Shown piece after piece: positions 1 through 9,103 of a stretch of 64,000 nt of DNA. Both the position numbers and the translations under genes were made by a program. Position 1 is the stretch's first letter. Each line of letters starts with the position of its first letter. This stretch comes from Desulfosudaceae bacterium (lineage in GTDB: Bacteria; Desulfobacterota; Desulfobacteria; Desulfobacterales; Desulfosudaceae). The notes beneath the pieces are model-generated. The model saw nothing but the letters and a program-made list of their open reading frames with translations. It ran no database searches and had not been told where the DNA came from. The stretch lies in assembly GCA_963674745.2 (NCBI GenBank), contig CAXXDV010000001.1, positions 224,001-288,000 on the forward strand, in the 5' to 3' direction.

Positions 1-79
1 ATTTACCGGTTTGGCGGGGGCCCCATAAAAAAAACGTTTCTGTGCCCGCCGTTGGTAAATTAAGCTTTCGTTTTATCAT
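1..79 (-). CDS. AAA_14/DUF4143-type ATPase, N-terminal fragment running off the window edge
   Basis: Hand translation from ATG at 79: MIKRKLNLPTAGTETFFLWGPRQTGK. The GPRQxGK Walker A matches the two full paralogs. Not in the ORF track. Confidence 0.8.
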   Translation of the reverse strand, partial: MIKRKLNLPTAGTETFFLWGPRQTGK

Positions 80-169
80 TGGCCGGTATCCGCTCTCTAC
101 ATGCAAATAAAAGTTTAACTTTAAAATATCATGTAATTTTCAAGTGTCAATGTAATTTTGTTCGGATAG

Positions 170-290
170 GGTTTTAAAGAATCAGGGTTTTAAGGTTTTA
201 AGGTTTTAAAGTTTTAGGGTTTTAGGGTTTTAGGGTACAGGTGGCGGTTAAGTGGTTAAGTGGTTAGGTGTTAGGTGGTTAAGGGTTTAA
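170..290. repeat. Octamer arrays: TTTTARGG-type followed by GTGGTTAA-type
   Basis: ttttaagg/ttttaggg units, then gtggttaa/gtggttag units overlapping the stop of the 271-1473 gene. Confidence 0.85.
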
Positions 291-1473
291 TTACATCATG
301 AAGGTTGCGCCAGTTTAACACCCGGGTTCCCTGACGGTTCATGTTTTCTGTGCCGCCGTAAACCAGCGTGGGCAAACGGGCCTGATCTTTTGCCAGTGCC
401 ATCCAGCGTTCCAGCCCGGAGAAGAAATCACGGTTCACGGTCTGGCCGGATTTGATTTCAACCGGTATGAAAGAACCGCCGTGATCAATAATCAGATCAA
501 TCTCATTTCCATTGCTGTCCCGCCAGAAATAAAACCCGGCATTGAGCAACCGGTTTAAACGTGCTTTTGTTAACTCCGAAATGATAAAATTCTCAAAGAT
601 ACTCCCTCGGAGTGGATGCGTGATCAATTGCGGTGTTTCCTGGATACCCAGCAGCCAGCAGAGTAATCCGGTATCATAAAAATAAAGCTTGGGCGTTTTG
701 ACCAGCCGTTTTCGAAAATTGGCATGATGAGGGCGTAACAGAAACAGTACATAACTGGCCTCCAGAGTTGAAATCCAGGCCTTAGCTGTATTATGGGTAA
801 TACCGCAATCATTGGCCAGAGAGGAGAGGTTCAGCAGCTGCCCGCTGCGGCCGGCGCAAAGGCGCAAAAAACGTTGAAAAGAATCCAGATCCTGGACATT
901 AAGCAATTGCCGTACATCACGTTCAACATATGCCGTAACATAAGCCGGGAACCAGAGGCCGGGGGTTAACCGGCGATCATACAACGGGGGATAGCCCCCC
1001 ATAAACATCATGGTATCTAAATCCGCAGGCGTTATTCCGCCACCTTCTAGCTCGGTAACCGAAAAAGGCAACAACTCAATAAAAGCGGTTCGGCCGGCCA
1101 ATGATTGTGTGATGCCGGACATTAAGCCAAAATGCTGTGACCCGGTCAGCAAAAAAAGCCCCATACGACCGACCGCATCCACGTGTGATTGCAGATAAGA
1201 TAAAATCTCCGGCGCCCTTTGCACTTCATCCAGAACGGCCCCATCCGGCACCCGACTCAAAAACCCCCGGGGATCATCATGAGCCAATTGTCTTGTGTCG
1301 GGGTCTTCAAAGGAGAAGTAAGGCTTTTTCAGAAAAACCGCTTTAGCTAACGTGGTTTTTCCGGATTGACGCGGACCTGTGATGGTCACAATTGGAAAAC
1401 CTTTTAATTGTTCCTGAAGGATTTCTTGTGTTTCACGAGGTATCATGCTTGGAAACAAACATATTTTATGCAA
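271..1473 (-). CDS. AAA_14 ATPase with DUF4143 / PD-(D/E)xK-like C-terminus
   Basis: GPRQSGKT Walker A, LDEVQ Walker B, LTGS, GGYP, PKLYFYDTGL, EIDLII...VEIKS. True start probably the second Met (MIPRE). Confidence 0.88.
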   Translation of the reverse strand: MHKICLFPSMIPRETQEILQEQLKGFPIVTITGPRQSGKTTLAKAVFLKKPYFSFEDPDTRQLAHDDPRGFLSRVPDGAVLDEVQRAPEILSYLQSHVDAVGRMGLFLLTGSQHFGLMSGITQSLAGRTAFIELLPFSVTELEGGGITPADLDTMMFMGGYPPLYDRRLTPGLWFPAYVTAYVERDVRQLLNVQDLDSFQRFLRLCAGRSGQLLNLSSLANDCGITHNTAKAWISTLEASYVLFLLRPHHANFRKRLVKTPKLYFYDTGLLCWLLGIQETPQLITHPLRGSIFENFIISELTKARLNRLLNAGFYFWRDSNGNEIDLIIDHGGSFIPVEIKSGQTVNRDFFSGLERWMALAKDQARLPTLVYGGTENMNRQGTRVLNWRNLHDVIKPLTT

Positions 1474-1645
1474 ATTGTCAATTGCTTTTACAATTTACAT
1501 AGGCTGATTTGCGAAGGTTTAGTTTTTAAGTGATTAAGTGATTATGTGGTTATGTGGTTAGGTGGTTAGGTGATTATGTGAATCGGATTAGTGGTTTCTA
1601 TCATTTTTAATCGCTTTTCATGTTCAGTCGGAATCTGCGCCGGTC

Positions 1646-2140
1646 GATCTGGATTCCGGGTCACGTTCCGCTTCGCTACACTGCCCGGAATGACGAAGAA
1701 AGAGCGTTCCGTTGCTCCACTGGCCGGAATGACGAAGAAAGAGCGTTCCGGGGCTCCACTGGCCGGAATGACGGGGTATCGAAAATTTAGCATTAACAAT
1801 GTGCAGTCATAATTGGTTGTACGGCGGATCTGGATTCCGGGTCACGTTCCGCTTCGCTACACTGCCCGGAATGACGAAGAAAGAGCGTTCCGTTGCTCCA
1901 CTGGCCGGAATGACGAAGAAAGAGCGTTCCGGGGCAAGTCCACTGGACCCCGGATCGGAGAGACTGTGTCGCAATTCAAAACAAGCCGGAAAAAGAGTGT
2001 TTTCCGGAATGGTTTTACCATTAAAATTCAAAGAAAGTTCGTTATACGACAAATTAGGAAGTCGCTTTTTTTGAATAAACAATTGTGACACAGTCTCCGG
2101 AGTCCGGGGTGACGAAGTTAAAATGCCCGGGGTGACAAAG
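1646..2140. repeat. REP-like palindromic cluster (CCGGAATGACG / CCGGGGTGACG family), including a ~108-bp direct duplication (1646-1753 = 1827-1934)
   Basis: Repeated ctggattccggg...cccggaatgacg and ctggccggaatgacg units; a related intact copy lies at 4459-4488. Confidence 0.8.
1960..2097. mobile_element. 138-bp MITE with 17-bp TIRs and a 4-bp CGGA target duplication
   Basis: Left end GAGACTGTGTCGCAATT, right end AATTGTGACACAGTCTC (16/17 inverted match); CGGA at 1956-1959 and 2098-2101. Confidence 0.85.
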
Positions 2141-2160
2141 TAAATGCATCCGGGACGAGG

Positions 2161-3255
2161 TCAACTTGCTTCTTTGATAGCGTCGGCAACCTGTTGCTGA
2201 TCTTCTTCCGTTAAATAGGGTGACATGGGCAGGCTCAGGCATTGGGCGGATATCTGCTCGGTTACGGGAAAATCACCGGGTTTGTGGCCCAGATCGGCAA
2301 AGGCGCCCTGGAGATGCAGGGGCGCTGTGTAGTATGCCACCGAAGGGATATCTTTTGACTTCAGTAATGCGGACAGGGCATCGCGGTTTTCAGAAAGAAG
2401 GGTGTACTGGGCATAGACCGATGTGTTGCCCGGGGCGATCACCGGAGGCTGTATGCCGGGTATATCGGCCAGCAACTCGTTGTAGCGCTGGCCAACTTGC
2501 GCGCGAAGATCGCATTCTTCAGGGAACAGGGAAAACTTTTCCAGCAGGATGGCGGCCTGGATGGTGTCAAAGCGGCCGTTGATACCCACCAGGGGGTGCT
2601 GGTGTTTGACTTTCTGGCCGTGGTTGCGAATCTGGCGCAGTTTCTCGGCTATTTTATCGTCCGGGGTAAAGACAGCCCCGCCGTCGCCGTAACAGCCCAG
2701 GGGTTTAGACGGAAAGAACGAGGTGCATCCGATCAGGGACTGGTTGCAGGATTTGACGCCCTTGTGGCTGGCGCCAAAGCTCTGGGCCGCGTCTTCGATC
2801 ACCGGGATATTGTGTTTGTCGGCAATGGCGTTGATCCGGGTCATATCCGCGCACTGGCCGTAAATACCCACCGGCATAATGGCTTTGGTTTGAGGGGTGA
2901 TGGCGGCTTCGAGCAGGTCCGGGTTCATGTTGAAGGTATCGGGTTCGACGTCAACAAACACGGGTTTGGCGCCCAGCAGGGCGATAACCTCGGCGGTTGA
3001 TATCCAGGTATAGGAAACGGTAATCACCTCGTCTCCGGGGCCGACGTCCAGGGCCATCAGGGCCATGAGCAGGGCATCGGTGCCGCTGGCGCAGGTGATA
3101 CAGTGGTTGACGTTGACGTAGGATGCCAGTTGAGATTCAATTTCTGTTATTTCCGGGCCCATGATGTACTGGCCGTGGTCAAGGACTTTATTGATACGGG
3201 TTTCAATGCGGTCGCGGATGCGGGCTTGTTGTGATTTTAAGTCGATGAAGTCCAT
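2161..3255 (-). CDS. DegT/DnrJ/EryC1/StrS PLP-dependent sugar aminotransferase (WbpE-like)
   Basis: MDFIDLKSQ start, SGTDAL, IEDAAQSFGA, SFFPSKPLGCYGDGG (PLP lysine), CLSLPMSPYL. Confidence 0.92.
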   Translation of the reverse strand: MDFIDLKSQQARIRDRIETRINKVLDHGQYIMGPEITEIESQLASYVNVNHCITCASGTDALLMALMALDVGPGDEVITVSYTWISTAEVIALLGAKPVFVDVEPDTFNMNPDLLEAAITPQTKAIMPVGIYGQCADMTRINAIADKHNIPVIEDAAQSFGASHKGVKSCNQSLIGCTSFFPSKPLGCYGDGGAVFTPDDKIAEKLRQIRNHGQKVKHQHPLVGINGRFDTIQAAILLEKFSLFPEECDLRAQVGQRYNELLADIPGIQPPVIAPGNTSVYAQYTLLSENRDALSALLKSKDIPSVAYYTAPLHLQGAFADLGHKPGDFPVTEQISAQCLSLPMSPYLTEEDQQQVADAIKEAS

Positions 3256-3263
3256 GGGAATCC

Positions 3264-3418
3264 TGTGGTTAAGTGGTTATGTGATTATGTGATTATGTGG
3301 TTAAGTGATTAAGTGGTTAAGTGGTTAAGTGGTTAAGTGGTTAAGTGTTTAAGTGATTATGTGATTAAGTGTTTAAGTGTTTAAGTGGTTATGTGGTTAT
3401 GTGATTATGTGGTTAAGA
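3264..3418. repeat. Tandem degenerate octamer array GTG(G/A/T)TTA(A/T), about 19 units
   Basis: Direct reading: gtggttaa, gtggttat, gtgattat, gtgtttaa units. Confidence 0.95.
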
Positions 3419-3535
3419 TTGACCGTGGGTGTTGTTCTTGTGCACGGTATAGGTTCGGGGTTCAGGGTTCGAGGATCGGAACTTTAAATTTTCATGTAAT
3501 TTTCAAGTGGCAACTTGTTTTTTTGGGGTCTGCTT

Positions 3536-3853
3536 TTAAGATATATCTTCGCCGTGTTTTATGATTTCATCAACGAGTATACCACCGCCATTAAAGGTTC
3601 GAGGATCAAATGGTATCGGTTCTATGCTGTTATTAATTGTTCTGCGAAGTGGAACGATTTTTCGTCTATCTTGAAAGCGGTCACCACTAAAAACGTTGGA
3701 TACCAAAGCGACATCCACGTCACTTTCTTCGCTGCCGGTTCCTCTGGCCCAGGAGCCGAAAAGCATCGCCCGTTGGATAGGGAACCCATTTTCTTTTAAC
3801 ACGGCGATATATCTTTTAAGGTCTTTTATAATAGCTTCTTTTGAAGTAGCCAT
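3536..3853 (-). CDS. Minimal nucleotidyltransferase (MNT), antitoxin-like
   Basis: LFGSWARG...SDVDVALV motif; overlaps the upstream HEPN gene. Confidence 0.88.
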   Translation of the reverse strand: MATSKEAIIKDLKRYIAVLKENGFPIQRAMLFGSWARGTGSEESDVDVALVSNVFSGDRFQDRRKIVPLRRTINNSIEPIPFDPRTFNGGGILVDEIIKHGEDIS

Positions 3854-4218
3854 TGCCTTACCTCCTCAATCTGGTTTAAATAATTGAGGCTAAATTCTCT
3901 AGTACATTTTTTATAAAAAGAAAATTTTTCGTCTGGATACCTTGCCTCAAGATTAAAATCCGTTACTATCTCCAACAGCTCTAGCTGTTCTTCAGACAGT
4001 TCAATTTCGGCCTTCTCTGCCAAAAAAACCAGACGATGGGTCATCGGCGGTGTCTCCTCTTTTATCATTACGAACGCCGCCTTCAAAAGCTTTTCCAAAG
4101 TCAGATGCCCGAAAAACAGTGCATAGGCATAGTCCCCTTTTTCAAAAAGATGGCCTGCGGCCCGCCAATCATTTTCAGCGGAAACAATCCAATAATTAAT
4201 TTTATCTTTTTTAGTCAT
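3826..4218 (-). CDS. HEPN domain protein
   Basis: A-x-x-D-W-x-x-A, LEKLLKA, THRL and ARYP motifs; paired with MNT. Confidence 0.88.
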   Translation of the reverse strand: MTKKDKINYWIVSAENDWRAAGHLFEKGDYAYALFFGHLTLEKLLKAAFVMIKEETPPMTHRLVFLAEKAEIELSEEQLELLEIVTDFNLEARYPDEKFSFYKKCTREFSLNYLNQIEEVRQWLLQKKLL

Positions 4219-4512
4219 AAAAGGCTATTAACGGTTTTTGACAAATGTAAAATTGAATTTTAGTTTCGTCAAGTCTAAGCGTCCTTCTTTCAGGTCCGTT
4301 CAAATTTTGTTTCAGGATTTTAGGACCTGCTTTGCAGGGGTTTTAGGTTTTATGTGATTATGTGGTTAGGTGGTTAAGTGATTATGTGGTTATGTGATTA
4401 AGAAGGAACCGTTAATGGTTCCAATAAAGTGCAGTCGTGTTTTCAGGTCCAGCAAATCTGGACCCCGGATCGGCGTCCGGGGTGACGAGGAAGGTGTCCG
4501 ATTTAGGCTCAT

Positions 4513-5187
4513 TCAGGGTTTTAAAGAATTTGATCGCCCGAGTAAAATATCCTTACCAATTGTTTTGATTGTTTCATCCAGCTGCCGGTAATCCACCGGC
4601 GTAATCCACTTGACAGCCCGCATCAAGTCGGCGGGGAATTCGTTGAACAACTTTGATACAGCGATCGGTTCCACCCATAAATCCTTTTCGCGGGCCTCTT
4701 GAATTATTTCTTCCCAATCAAATGCATACGTTTGTGCTATAAATGCGATATCGGCAAAATCTTTTGCTTCCCGGCGACTCAGGGCGCAAACTTTGTTGGA
4801 TAATATATTGCGCCAGCCATCAACCCGGATGAAGATATCACTTTTCTTAAGCCCGCCGAAATGGGCTTCAACATCATTGACAAAGTCAATCTTCAGGCGT
4901 AAATCGTCTTTTTGTAAAAATATCCGGATAAAATCATCAGCCCTTGCGCCGACATCAAAACCAAATCCACTTGCTTTAAGGATTGACAGTATTTGATTCA
5001 CCTGGGTTTGAAAGTCTTTGGCCCTGTTGACAAAAAAATCCATACCATCTGAATATCGATGTTCAAGGTAGACGCGGCTTAAGGCGGTTCCGCCCGTTAA
5101 GTAAAAACCGGTTTGGGTGGCGCCGACCAAACTCAGGATCCTATCCTGGAGCGGATAGAGCTTATTGGCATAAAACGGATCGGACAT
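4513..5187 (-). CDS. AbiEii/AbiGii-type nucleotidyltransferase toxin-family protein
   Basis: FYLTGGTAL...HRYSDGMDFF, KIDFV, NKVCAL..R...KDFAD. Confidence 0.82.
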   Translation of the reverse strand: MSDPFYANKLYPLQDRILSLVGATQTGFYLTGGTALSRVYLEHRYSDGMDFFVNRAKDFQTQVNQILSILKASGFGFDVGARADDFIRIFLQKDDLRLKIDFVNDVEAHFGGLKKSDIFIRVDGWRNILSNKVCALSRREAKDFADIAFIAQTYAFDWEEIIQEAREKDLWVEPIAVSKLFNEFPADLMRAVKWITPVDYRQLDETIKTIGKDILLGRSNSLKP

Positions 5188-5461
5188 ACTGATATTTTTT
5201 CTGTAATGTTTTAGGAAAAACCCGCTGGATGACGTTGTCCGAAAGCAGAAACCTTAGTTTCTCAGGAGGCATAATGCTTAAAATCGTATACCAGTCCAGC
5301 GTCGTGAGCATTCGTTGATACAGATTTACTTCGTCATCAGAGGATTTTTCGTGTTCGGGCTTCATATGAAGAATGTCATACGCAGTCTCGGCGGAGATCT
5401 GTGAATCCCAATACAGATTTGACAATATTTCTATCTGCTGTTTTTTGGTCAGTTTTTTCAT
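5162..5461 (-). CDS. Small hypothetical protein, putative partner of the AbiEii-type toxin
   Basis: 99 aa with an LYWD motif; overlaps the start of the toxin gene. Confidence 0.65.
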   Translation of the reverse strand: MKKLTKKQQIEILSNLYWDSQISAETAYDILHMKPEHEKSSDDEVNLYQRMLTTLDWYTILSIMPPEKLRFLLSDNVIQRVFPKTLQKKYQYVRSVLCQ

Positions 5462-5533
5462 TAAAAAAGTTTTAAACCTGCTTCGCAGGGGTTTTATGTG
5501 ATTATGTGGTTAGGTGATTAGGTGATTATGTGG

Positions 5534-5746
5534 TTAAGTGGTAATAAAGAAATCTTCTTTGTTTAAACCGGACTGTCTTACTATGGAAGAAAACGTTCCC
5601 CGTGGTATCTCTTTTTTGGGATCAGGAACAATAACTGTGCGATTGCCCTTTTTAAACTTTTTGTGACTGCCTTTCTGAGAGATAAGGACAAATCCATTTT
5701 TCTGCAACACCTGTATAATATCCCGGGAAGATAACAGGTTAGACAT
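5534..5746 (-). CDS. hicA: HicA-family toxin
   Basis: LQKNGF..ISQKGSHKKF...VIVP...IPRGTFSSIVRQSGL. ATG at 5746 overlaps the hicB stop. Confidence 0.88.
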   Translation of the reverse strand: MSNLLSSRDIIQVLQKNGFVLISQKGSHKKFKKGNRTVIVPDPKKEIPRGTFSSIVRQSGLNKEDFFITT

Positions 5747-5951
5747 GGATAACATCTTCCCCCAGCAATGTTTCTCCAATCACCTGATAGGTCCCGGCAT
5801 CGCTCTCGTCCTCAAAATATAACTCAACCGCTTCTTTCAAGGCCGCAATTGCCTCGTCAATTGTTTCTCCAAAACTGGAGACATCTACATTCAAACACTG
5901 CGAGACATAATACTTTCCCTCTTTGTATACAACATACTTAATGTTTTTCAT
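5739..5951 (-). CDS. hicB: Short HicB-family antitoxin lacking a DNA-binding domain
   Basis: YVVYKEGKYYVSQC...VSSFGETIDEAIAALKEAVELYFE. Confidence 0.85.
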   Translation of the reverse strand: MKNIKYVVYKEGKYYVSQCLNVDVSSFGETIDEAIAALKEAVELYFEDESDAGTYQVIGETLLGEDVIHV

Positions 5952-6029
5952 TGTCGCTTTCTCCCGGTATAAAAGATTATTCCCTGTTTTGACGATAAAA
6001 ACATATTGACTTTTTTATTGTTTCAAATG

Positions 6030-6095
6030 GTTTGGGATCTTTCAAATAGCGGCTATCATGTCTCTGATTCTCAAGTCCCATTTTCTAAGCGGCAA
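6030..6095 (-). pseudogene. N-terminal stub of a HepT/DUF86-type toxin
   Basis: TTG at 6095 overlapping the MNT stop reads MPLRKWDLRIRDMIAAI*KI, resembling DUF86 N-termini; premature TGA at 6042-6044. Confidence 0.6.
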
Positions 6096-6381
6096 GGACA
6101 GCCTCCTTCAGAATAGCATCTCTGAGTTCTTTATGGAGGAAATCACGGGTTGCCAAATCCACCCGGCAATGTAAAAGCTGCGTCAGCTCTCTTTGCAGTC
6201 TTGCAAATTGGAATAACGTCACCCGGGCGTCAGGCTCAAATTCTACCAGAATATCCACATCACTGTTTTCCCGTTCTTCCCCGCGGACGACCGAACCAAA
6301 CAGGTAAAAATGTTTAACCGCAAACCGCTGCTTAATATCCTGTCTGTTGATCAGTATTTTCGAAACCTGTTCTCGTTTCAT
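6085..6381 (-). CDS. Minimal nucleotidyltransferase (MntA-like)
   Basis: LFGSVVRGE...SDVDILVEF...VDLAT...L...ILKEA. Confidence 0.88.
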   Translation of the reverse strand: MKREQVSKILINRQDIKQRFAVKHFYLFGSVVRGEERENSDVDILVEFEPDARVTLFQFARLQRELTQLLHCRVDLATRDFLHKELRDAILKEAVLAA

Positions 6382-6634
6382 TCGCGCTTTTCCTGATTTG
6401 TTTACACCGGCCAGAAAATTATATTATACCTATATTTCCTTTATTTAACAAACAATTGGCGGATGCGATGAAGATTCAATTTTTGGGTTTTTAGGACCTG
6501 CTTCGCAGGAGTATCAGGTGTTTAAGTGATTATGTGTTTAAGTGGTTAAGTGGGCCGGGGTATTCGAAAAATTTTTCTTTAAAGACATAAACACTTAATC
6601 ACTTCTGCTTACAGCCTATGCTTTGGCAAACCGG

Positions 6635-8224
6635 TTACTTTGTTTCTAAGAGGCCATTATCACCCTGCTGATATTTTTTGCCGCAGGTCAGGCAGTCCAG
6701 GTTGTCGGTCAGGCGTTCGCCGCAGGCGCAGGCCCAGCCGATGCGTTGGGCCGGGTTGCCGACCATCAGGGCATGATCGGGTACGGTTTTGTTGATCACG
6801 GCCCCGGCGCCGACGAAGGCATAACTGCCGATGGTCACCCCGCAGACAATGGTGGCGTTGGCGCCGATGGTGGCGCCTTTCTTGACCAGGGTCGGGCGGA
6901 CCTGGTCCATTTTGCGGATTTCGGCCCGGGGGTTGTAAATATTGGTAAATACCATGGACGGGCCGCAGAACACCCCGTCTTCCAGGGTGACCCCTTTGTA
7001 AATCGAGACATTGTTCTGGATTTTGCACTGTTTGCCGATGGTCACATCCGGCCCGATGACCACATTCTGGCCGATATTGCAGTTGTCGCCGATGGTGGTA
7101 TCGGGCAGGACATGGGAGAAGTGCCAGATTTTTACGCCCCGACCGATGGAGACATGGTCATCAATGGCGGCGGTTTGGTGCGCGAAAAAGCCCCGGGCAG
7201 GGGCGTCGGCTGCGGCCCGGGTGTCATCGGTGGCCAAGGTGATACCACGCCCGTTTTCATCCATGGAGCGCTGTGCGGCTTTAAGTATTTGGAGTACGCG
7301 CAGGCCTTCAGACCCGTCTGTAACCGGTTGGCGGTTGTCGGCAATGCAGGTCAAAAAATGCCGGCATTCTTCTTTCAGGGGTTCGGCCTGCTCAATAATC
7401 GGTCGTTCCGGTTCACCTTTGACCGGCACGGGCATATTGTGCTCCCACCGGATCTGATGGGGGTACAACAACAGCTTATCTTCCCAGGGCAGGGTATCAT
7501 CAAACACGGCCATTTTTTGGTCTCCGACCACGACCAGTTTCTGCTCCTTGAAAGGATGCAGCCAGGACACGAAGATATGAGCGCGCAGGCCCGTGGGGAA
7601 GGCCATGTGAGTGGTGGTGACATCCGCGATTTTCTGGTGCAGGTAAAAGCCGCCGGTGGCGGAAACGGATTCCGGCATACTGCCGGCCAGGGTCAGGATC
7701 ATGGAAATGTCGTGGGGCGCAAAAGACCAGAGAATGTTTTCTTCCCTACGGATCTTGCCCAGGTTGAGACGCTGGGAGTAGATATAGTTGATTCGTCCCA
7801 GCTCACCTTTTTCCGCCAGTTCTTTTAACCGCACGAATACCGGGTGGAACTGAAGCAGGTGGCCGACCATGAGCACCCGCTTTTTTTCGGCCGCCAGGTC
7901 GATCAGTGCCTGGCCTTCTTTTTCGTCCAGCACGAGGGGTTTTTCCACATAGACGTGTTTGCCGGCCAGAAGCGCTTCTCTGGCCATGAGGTAGTGGGTC
8001 TCCGCAGGGGTGGCGATCACCACACCTTTGACCGCTTCGTTTGCCAGCACTTCGTTTAAGGCCAGGCAGGTTTCAACTTCCGGGTATTGTTTTTGAAAAT
8101 CGACCAGTACGTTTTCGTTGTGATCACAGATCAGGCGCAAGGCGCCAAGTTCGTTATAGTTGCGGACGAGGTTTTTGCCCCAGTAGCCGGAGCCTATTAC
8201 CGCAATTTTTTGGTTGTTGTTCAT
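6635..8224 (-). CDS. Fused Gfo/Idh/MocA oxidoreductase (WbpB-like) and hexapeptide N-acetyltransferase (WbpD-like)
   Basis: N-terminal GSGYWG, EKPL, VGH, APHD; C-terminal [39 protein letters not shown]. Confidence 0.9.
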   Translation of the reverse strand: MNNNQKIAVIGSGYWGKNLVRNYNELGALRLICDHNENVLVDFQKQYPEVETCLALNEVLANEAVKGVVIATPAETHYLMAREALLAGKHVYVEKPLVLDEKEGQALIDLAAEKKRVLMVGHLLQFHPVFVRLKELAEKGELGRINYIYSQRLNLGKIRREENILWSFAPHDISMILTLAGSMPESVSATGGFYLHQKIADVTTTHMAFPTGLRAHIFVSWLHPFKEQKLVVVGDQKMAVFDDTLPWEDKLLLYPHQIRWEHNMPVPVKGEPERPIIEQAEPLKEECRHFLTCIADNRQPVTDGSEGLRVLQILKAAQRSMDENGRGITLATDDTRAAADAPARGFFAHQTAAIDDHVSIGRGVKIWHFSHVLPDTTIGDNCNIGQNVVIGPDVTIGKQCKIQNNVSIYKGVTLEDGVFCGPSMVFTNIYNPRAEIRKMDQVRPTLVKKGATIGANATIVCGVTIGSYAFVGAGAVINKTVPDHALMVGNPAQRIGWACACGERLTDNLDCLTCGKKYQQGDNGLLETK

Positions 8225-8276
8225 AAAAGACCTTTAAGAATTATGTGGGTTTGCGAACTGTCTTAGCATTAAAGGC

Positions 8277-8432
8277 GGTGTGGTTATGTGTTTAAGTGGT
8301 TATGTGGTTATGTGGTTAAGTGGTTATGTGATTAAGTGGTTATGTGATTAAGTGGTTATGTGGTTAAGTGGTTAGGTGGTTAGGTGGTTAGGTGGTTATG
8401 TGGTTATGTGGTTATGTGTTTAAGTGGTTAGG
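8277..8432. repeat. Tandem degenerate octamer array GTG(G/A/T)TTA(A/T/G), about 19 units
   Basis: Direct reading; lies just downstream of the four-helix-bundle gene. Confidence 0.95.
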
Positions 8433-8443
8433 GATCATGGACG

Positions 8444-8830
8444 TCACTTCTTTTTTGGGGTCTGCTGTGCTGATAGACGATTCTTAAGTGTGTTGGCGAT
8501 GGCCTGAAGGGTGGCAGAAATATGTTTCAATTCTGAGACCATTTCAGTAACGACCTTTTGATCCAGTAAGCCGATTTCGCCGGCGATGTAGAGCTGCGTT
8601 CTGAGTTCGGCGGCTGAGCCTTTGGCGATATGAATAAAACGTATGTATTCAAGCTTGGAGTTTCTTTCTGCGCCTTCGGCGATATTGCTTGGGATTGAAA
8701 CGGCGGAGCGGGTTAACTGGCTTTTTAGCCCATAGTCCCGGCAATTCTTAAGCTCTTTGTAGATTTTCACTGCCAGGCGGCAGGATTGTTTCCAGACCGC
8801 CAGGTTCTCGAATGATTTATACAATGGCAA
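8444..8830 (-). CDS. Four-helix-bundle protein (23S rRNA IVP-like / Avd-like family)
   Basis: FENLAVWKQS, QLTRSAVSIPSNIAEGAER, IAKGSAAELRTQL. Confidence 0.92.
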   Translation of the reverse strand: MPLYKSFENLAVWKQSCRLAVKIYKELKNCRDYGLKSQLTRSAVSIPSNIAEGAERNSKLEYIRFIHIAKGSAAELRTQLYIAGEIGLLDQKVVTEMVSELKHISATLQAIANTLKNRLSAQQTPKKK

Positions 8831-9103
8831 ACCTCCATGTTTACCTTTTAGGGTTTTAGGGTTTTAAGCGACCCACCCGGGAATGGTCCGTTACCAAACA
8901 TATAAGTAACAATAGCCGTTTCGTGGCTTTAAAGGGTGATTATGTGTTTATGTGGTTAAGTGGTTAACATCCCGGTTGGTTCTGTTTCTGGATTCGCTCT
9001 AAAAGAAAATATGGTTTTGTTACTTAGAAGCGTCCCAACCGGGGCTGGCCCGGAGCCAAACCTATAAGTAACAATAACTTACAGTTTTGTTACCTATAAG
9101 GGT

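Noticed and set aside
211..235. Telomere-like (TTTTAGGG)3
   Set aside because: Only three units, internal, and part of the local degenerate octamer family; coincidental.
1566..2091. ORFs 1566-1799, 1591-1812, 1799-2074, 1807-2091 and 1813-2088
   Set aside because: They are translations of REP palindromes and the MITE, open on both strands with repeated peptide text and no recognisable domain.
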